A stretch of 22,148 nucleotides of DNA, taken from positions 1 to 22,148 of the forward strand of contig JBIIGV010000043.1 of NCBI GenBank assembly GCA_044236265.1, in the 5' to 3' direction. Every line of letters starts with the position of its first letter. Positions within the stretch are counted from its first letter, which is position 1. The stretch comes from Oligoflexales bacterium (GTDB lineage: Bacteria > Bdellovibrionota_B > Oligoflexia > Oligoflexales > RGVZ01). Shown one piece after another: positions 17,301 to 22,148 of this stretch. A model generated the notes under the pieces. It was given only the letters and a program-made list of their open reading frames with translations, was not told the origin of the DNA and did no database searches. The position numbers and the translations under genes were made by a program.

Positions 17301-17432
17301 ATTGGATAACTAGTGCCCGAGCAGACGTCGGCACTCTATTACCAGTAATCCAAGAATAATTGCATTAAATTTAATCAAAACATCTGTGCGATATCCCACC
17401 AAAGGCCGCGCATAAACAGAGTGAATTGGCAC

Positions 17433-17460
17433 AAAAAACCCCTGGACGACTGTCCAAGGG
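17433..17460 (-). terminator. Intrinsic terminator after tRNA-Ala
   Basis: Minus strand CCCTTGGAC-AGTC-GTCCAGGGG followed by TTTTTT, 12 bp after the tRNA CCA end. Confidence 0.85.
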
Positions 17461-17472
17461 ACTTTAAGAATT

Positions 17473-17548
17473 TGGTGGACGCTAGGAGAGTCGAACTCCT
17501 GACCCCCAGAATGCAAATCTGGTGCTCTACCAACTGAGCTAAGCGCCC
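17473..17548 (-). tRNA. tRNA-Ala (anticodon TGC)
   Basis: 76-nt cloverleaf: acceptor GGGCGCT/AGCGTCC with the G3-U70 alanine identity pair, D arm GCTC/GAGC, anticodon arm CCAGA-TT-TGC-AT-TCTGG, T arm AGGAG-TTCGACT-CTCCT, encoded ACCA. Confidence 0.97.
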
Positions 17549-17564
17549 TCGAATGGGAGGCCAT

Positions 17565-17593
17565 ACATTGCCGAAATCAGGTAGTCATTGCAA
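17565..17593 (-). promoter_or_regulatory. Possible sigma70 promoter of the tRNA
   Basis: TTGCAA, 17 bp, then CAATGT (weak -10), ending 16 bp before the tRNA. Confidence 0.35.
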
Positions 17594-17724
17594 GAGGAAA
17601 GTTGCAAAAAAGCACTTTCAGGCGGCCTTCTTGACGAGCCTAGCAAAATCAGCTGTCCTTTCATTGGCTTTAGGATACCCAGTCGCTACAATGCTGACAT
17701 GATCGCCAAAGAAGGAGCCCAATT

Positions 17725-18195
17725 GTGGAAGGATTTTTAGCTGGTAGCCGCGCCACCTTCATGCTTGATCTGGTTGCTCTCGCCATGTTTGCAATTTTAC
17801 CAGCTCTGTCCGCCGGCATAAGCTTCGCACGAAAAAATCGTGACTACGACTCTCATAAAAAAGTGATGACGACCATTGCTCTAGTTCTCGGAGTGGCGGT
17901 TGTACTGTTCGAAATTGAAATGCGACTTGTAGGTTGGCGCCATCTGGCTGAACCGAGCCCATATTTTTCAACGATCTTATTCCCCAGTCTCTACATCCAC
18001 TTGGTGTTTTCGATTTCAACAACCCTACTACTGATTGCAACCATATCCCTTGCATGGCGCAAGTTTCCAGTACCCCCACGCCCATCGGCCCACTCAAACC
18101 GACATAAGATTCTGGGGCGACTTTCAGCAATCGGTCTTTTCATGACATCTGTCACAGGCTGGATTTTTTACTATTTAGCTTTTATTGCAGCGTGA
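17725..18195 (+). CDS. DUF420-family (YozB/CtaM-like) four-helix membrane protein
   Basis: AAGGAG ribosome-binding site plus GTG. Four hydrophobic segments with His motifs HKKVM, LYIHL, HKILGR, and SVTGWIFY. Confidence 0.8.
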   Translation: MEGFLAGSRATFMLDLVALAMFAILPALSAGISFARKNRDYDSHKKVMTTIALVLGVAVVLFEIEMRLVGWRHLAEPSPYFSTILFPSLYIHLVFSISTTLLLIATISLAWRKFPVPPRPSAHSNRHKILGRLSAIGLFMTSVTGWIFYYLAFIAA

Positions 18196-18217
18196 TGGAG
18201 CGATACGCTGAATAATC

Positions 18218-19108
18218 TTAGCGTGTCTTCAAATCCTGCTTACGTTGATAGACGACAGCCCGATCAATTTGACGCATCTCAAAGTCTTCACTTAGTCCCA
18301 TGAGACTTTCTGCCGCTCCCAGAACCAAATATCCACCGGGTACAAGACGACGGGCAATTTCCGCAATTATGCGCCTTTTATTTTCAACGTTTTGATAAAT
18401 CAACACGTTGCGGCATAAGACGATCTCAAAAGGCCCAATACCACCAAAGTCATCGAGAAGGTTTTGCTGCTTGAAGGTGATACCTTTCTTTAGCTCTTCC
18501 GTAACGATCCAGCTTCCTGTAGCGGCAGCTGGGTTTGACATATGCTTCTCTGTTTTAAAAAAGCGATTAATCATCGCCTCTGGCAATCCACGCTGAATTT
18601 CGAGCTGAGAGTATTTTCCCTCTTCCGCCTGCTTCAAGACACGCAACGAGTAATCCGTAGCCAAGAAAGAAAATGAGCGACGTGGATTTTGTAATTTCCA
18701 AGAGTGCAACAATATGGCCATGGAGTAAACCTCCTGGCCAGTGCTTGTTGCGCAGCACCAAATTCTCAGAGGCAGAGGATTATCGCCGCTAAAACGCGGC
18801 TCAACGAGAATCTTCTCCTCTATTGCCTTAAATAACCCTGGATCGCGAAAAAAAGAGGTCTCATTATTGGTAGAAAGATCAAGCAGGAGACTCTGAAATT
18901 GACCCGAAATGCCAGTTTGTGCCTTGGTCCACAGTTCAAAGACCGATCCGACGCCAAGCGTCGTAGCGATATCACTTAAGCGTCTCTCAAGCTGATAGTA
19001 ATTATCTTTGGCATAGATGATGCCAAGCTTCTGCTCAATATAATCGGCGAAAAATTTGATTTGCTCTGGAGACAACGGAGTGCTTGTTGATTCATTTTGT
19101 GTCTTCAT
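18218..19108 (-). CDS. cheR: Chemotaxis protein-glutamate methyltransferase
   Basis: TNNETSFFRD, LRIWCCATSTGQEVYS, ATDYS, QQNLL, LCRNVLIY, PGGYLVLGAAES. ATG 19108 overlaps the cheB stop (ATGA). Confidence 0.95.
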   Translation of the reverse strand: MKTQNESTSTPLSPEQIKFFADYIEQKLGIIYAKDNYYQLERRLSDIATTLGVGSVFELWTKAQTGISGQFQSLLLDLSTNNETSFFRDPGLFKAIEEKILVEPRFSGDNPLPLRIWCCATSTGQEVYSMAILLHSWKLQNPRRSFSFLATDYSLRVLKQAEEGKYSQLEIQRGLPEAMINRFFKTEKHMSNPAAATGSWIVTEELKKGITFKQQNLLDDFGGIGPFEIVLCRNVLIYQNVENKRRIIAEIARRLVPGGYLVLGAAESLMGLSEDFEMRQIDRAVVYQRKQDLKTR

Positions 19109-20220
19109 CTTGCCCCCATTGACCAAACCTGCAGAACTCGCGCACAGTCCTGAAGACTTCCCATTTTATCAAACGCCCCAGCAGCGTGTACTGCGCCCGG
19201 CATCCCCCAAACGACAGACGTCTCCCTGTCTTGGATCATGACCGCTCCAAATGAGTTCTTGATAGCCTTGCACCCCAGCATTCCATCTTCACCCATCCCG
19301 GTTAATACGAATGCTCCCACCTGGTTGGGCATACACTTGGCAACGTCTTCAAACAACACATCGACAGCGGGACGTACATTGCACCGTTTCTCGCCTTGGG
19401 ACAAATTAATGATCAGGCCATCTCCAGATTTTAGAAGTCCCATGTGGTAATCACCCGGCGCTACATATATTCGCCCTGCCACTACCGGCTCTCCATGCTT
19501 TGCTTCAAACGAATCAAGGCCCGTGATCGCTCCGAGCCGAGCCGCAAGGCTCGCGGTAAACACCGGTGGCATATGTTGAACAATCAAAATGGGCACGGTT
19601 ACAGGAGCGCGAATACCTGTAAATAAAGCTTCAAGAGCATTTGGACCGCCTGTAGAGCTTCCAACTACAACTATCTTGGGCCTAAAAGTCTCAACTAGAA
19701 CCTTCCGGTAGCTTGTTGGCGTAGCACTAGCCGATGCGACCTGTGTGTTGGCATGCCCCAAAACTGGAGACCTATCCGAGGAGCCTGCAACCGATGACTT
19801 AGGAGGCGCCTTCACACTCTTTTGATGCACTTCCTTCAGAATCGGCAATAACTGATCGCGGACATGTTGCAGCGCCGTATCAAATGACGCGTTAGAACCA
19901 TCTGGCTTTGAAACTACATCGATCGCTCCGAGCTTCAAAGCTTCCATCGCCGAGGTCGCGCCACGAAGATTTTGAGCCGCAAACACCACCACCTTTATGG
20001 GAATACCGCGTGACCTAATTTCCTTAAGGGTCTCCATGCCGTTCATCTCTGGCATTTCCATATCCAAAGTCATCACGTCATAGGACTCTTGCTGCAACTT
20101 TTGAAGTGCGATTTTCCCGTTGGCAGCAGTGCCAATAGCGTTTACCGCAATAGACGACTCCACAGCTGTCTTAATCTGGGAACGAAACACAACGGAATCA
20201 TCTACAATAAGAAGCCGCAT
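19105..20220 (-). CDS. cheB: Chemotaxis response regulator protein-glutamate methylesterase
   Basis: REC domain (LIVDDS, TLDMEMPEMNG, KP) plus methylesterase triad motifs GSSTGG, VQHMP, LTGMGEDG. Confidence 0.96.
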   Translation of the reverse strand: MRLLIVDDSVVFRSQIKTAVESSIAVNAIGTAANGKIALQKLQQESYDVMTLDMEMPEMNGMETLKEIRSRGIPIKVVVFAAQNLRGATSAMEALKLGAIDVVSKPDGSNASFDTALQHVRDQLLPILKEVHQKSVKAPPKSSVAGSSDRSPVLGHANTQVASASATPTSYRKVLVETFRPKIVVVGSSTGGPNALEALFTGIRAPVTVPILIVQHMPPVFTASLAARLGAITGLDSFEAKHGEPVVAGRIYVAPGDYHMGLLKSGDGLIINLSQGEKRCNVRPAVDVLFEDVAKCMPNQVGAFVLTGMGEDGMLGCKAIKNSFGAVMIQDRETSVVWGMPGAVHAAGAFDKMGSLQDCARVLQVWSMGAR

Positions 20221-20241
20221 ATAAACCCCGATAAAATGAAC

Positions 20242-20721
20242 TTAGCCATTTAGAACTTTAAAGATCCTGTCCACATCAATCACACTCATAAGATCGTCAC
20301 CGACCTTGTAAACACCCGTCATGTACTGCTTAACAACGGAGGAAATGGTATTGGGAACAGCCTCACAATTCTTAGTCTCAAGCTCAATCACATCCCCAAT
20401 ATCATCGACTAAAAGGGATACAAGAAAACTATCAGCTTTGCAGATGACGTTCATCATATCGCCTTTAGCCTTTTCCTTTAGACCAAAAAGATCGTGAATG
20501 CTGACAGCGGTCACCACCTGACCCCGAAGATTTATCAGGCCGTGCACAAAATTTTCTGCCAACGGAATTTTTGTCATCGGTATTGGCTTCACAACTTCCT
20601 GTACCCGACTGACGTCAATGCCATACATCCGGCCAGCAACGTAAAACGTCGAGTATTGTAATCTCAATATTTTGGGGGTATTTGCACCGCCCGTTGCCGC
20701 AATGTCTGTCTGATGCTGCAT
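20242..20721 (-). CDS. cheW: Chemotaxis adaptor CheW
   Basis: YGIDVSRVQEV, TKIPLA, GLINLRGQVV, LLVDDIGDV. ATG 20721 follows a G-rich ribosome-binding site. Confidence 0.93.
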   Translation of the reverse strand: MQHQTDIAATGGANTPKILRLQYSTFYVAGRMYGIDVSRVQEVVKPIPMTKIPLAENFVHGLINLRGQVVTAVSIHDLFGLKEKAKGDMMNVICKADSFLVSLLVDDIGDVIELETKNCEAVPNTISSVVKQYMTGVYKVGDDLMSVIDVDRIFKVLNG

Positions 20722-20737
20722 TGTCTCCCCCCCCAAT

Positions 20738-22148
20738 TTAAACCGCTTGCTTTACATCAAATAAATTCTTGATTGTCTGCTCTAGAAGCTCTGCATTTAA
20801 CTTCTCAAGATAAGCAGAAAATCCAGCTTCTTTACCTTTTTTGATATCCGAATCATGAAATTTCGTGGTCAGTGCGATGACCGGGATACCAGAAAATTCC
20901 GGCCGCATGCGAATCTTGTGCATCAACGAGAATCCATCGAGAATCGGCATCTCTATATCTGTCAGCACAAGATCAAATTCTGATGGATGACTCATCTCAA
21001 GACGTCTAAACGCGTCGTCTCCATTCGTCGCGGCCACAACTTCATGACCAAGAGAGCGAAGGTAAGCTGAAACATATCGACGGAAAAAACTCGTGTCTTC
21101 GGCTAACAAAATCTTTAACGTCCTTGAATCCAGTGTTCGCATACTGGGGCGCGCCGGAATTGTCGGAGTCGGAGCAAGATTTGAGCCTCGATCAACGACC
21201 CTTGCAGGTAAGCCGCTTATTAAACTATCGACAACGCCCAACACGTCGATAACCGAAATAACATTTTTACCGAAGACTACTGATCCAAGAATTCCACTTC
21301 GATCGGATATCTCTCCGTCAATATCCAAATCTATTGAAACCACATCGAGAATTTTCTTGACCGCAAGTCCAAAAAGTCTATTGGCCTTACTAACGACAAT
21401 GACGCTAAATTTATCCGATCCTAACAAGTCTTTTGGACTAGAACTCGCAAACCCAAGTCTTTCAGCGATCGAAAGAATCGGAAGCAGGGTTTCCCTATAG
21501 CGAACCACAGGTAAGTCGCCGGAAAACTGAACATCGCTAGGCGAAAACACCTCAAGTCGATTTACTAAACACAGGGGGGCGGCAAATAAACCAGGAACTC
21601 CAAGATCCAAGAGAAGATATTCAGCAGAGTCAGGTTTAATGGTGTTCACGACAAGGTTTTGATCGTCCGCTGATGTCAGCTTACCCACAGTTGCAACCAA
21701 ACTCAAACGAGACAACCCGTCAACGTCAAGGATCAACACCACCGATCCGTCTCCCATCACGGTTGCCCCAGAGTATGCCGAGACACTCTTCACAACTTGA
21801 GCCAGAGGCTTTACAACAATGTCGGTATTATCCACCACCTCGTCGACCGCCAGGGCAAACGACTGGCCTTCGCTTCTCAAAATTACCAAATTATTCAACC
21901 GAGCCGCCTTGAGAGCATCGGACGCAGGCTGCCCTTTAAGAATCGCGCTTAAACTGACAACCGGCAACAGCTTACCTCGCAAGCGAATCATCGCCTGACC
22001 TTGAAGCCACTGAATGCGCTGATCATCACGACCAGAATCCTCAATCCGAACTAACTCGATAACCTTTGACTGAGGTATTGCGAATGACTGTCCAGATGAG
22101 GACACCATAAGAGCAGGAATAATAGCCAGTGTGAGTGGAATACTCATC
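20738..22148 (-). CDS. cheA: C-terminal part of a hybrid CheA (two CheW-like domains plus REC); 5' part lies outside the window
   Basis: IPLTLAI junction, P5 domain (LRGKLLP, IVVKPL, SGATVMGDG..LILD), second CheW-like domain (VRYRETLLP), REC domain (LLAED, LTDIEMP). Confidence 0.93.
   Translation of the reverse strand, partial: MSIPLTLAIIPALMVSSSGQSFAIPQSKVIELVRIEDSGRDDQRIQWLQGQAMIRLRGKLLPVVSLSAILKGQPASDALKAARLNNLVILRSEGQSFALAVDEVVDNTDIVVKPLAQVVKSVSAYSGATVMGDGSVVLILDVDGLSRLSLVATVGKLTSADDQNLVVNTIKPDSAEYLLLDLGVPGLFAAPLCLVNRLEVFSPSDVQFSGDLPVVRYRETLLPILSIAERLGFASSSPKDLLGSDKFSVIVVSKANRLFGLAVKKILDVVSIDLDIDGEISDRSGILGSVVFGKNVISVIDVLGVVDSLISGLPARVVDRGSNLAPTPTIPARPSMRTLDSRTLKILLAEDTSFFRRYVSAYLRSLGHEVVAATNGDDAFRRLEMSHPSEFDLVLTDIEMPILDGFSLMHKIRMRPEFSGIPVIALTTKFHDSDIKKGKEAGFSAYLEKLNAELLEQTIKNLFDVKQAV

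Noticed and set aside
15312..17548. Integrative element at tRNA-Ala
   Set aside because: No duplicate of the tRNA 3' end and no integrase were seen.
17310..17564. 84-aa ORF
   Set aside because: Shadow ORF running through tRNA-Ala and its terminator.

Overview
A compact bacterial chromosomal segment of mostly housekeeping genes. The gene types suggest a Gram-negative Bdellovibrionota/Oligoflexia-like or other 'deltaproteobacterial' lineage (inference, not a database result). Left to right it holds: a 5'-truncated TPR-like lipoprotein; a STAS-like protein and a hypothetical protein (-); lptE-like (+) converging on an accD-folC-lptD operon (-); a small Cys/His protein with a long leader, xth, a fused E1 alpha/beta 2-oxoacid dehydrogenase broken by one in-frame TAA, tdk, a secreted protein and a HAD phosphatase (+); lysC (-); a 2-kb accessory islet downstream of a stand-alone tRNA-Ala(TGC); a DUF420 membrane protein; and the 3' part of a cheA-cheW-cheB-cheR operon (-). 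The islet is the most interesting part. It contains a 10-Cys secreted mini-protein, a hairpin-rich stretch with no credible ORF ending in an orphan plus-strand terminator (candidate unannotated ncRNA, about 16082-16385), and a tandem-domain secreted protein behind a sigma54-type promoter. No CRISPR array, integrase or transposase was seen.
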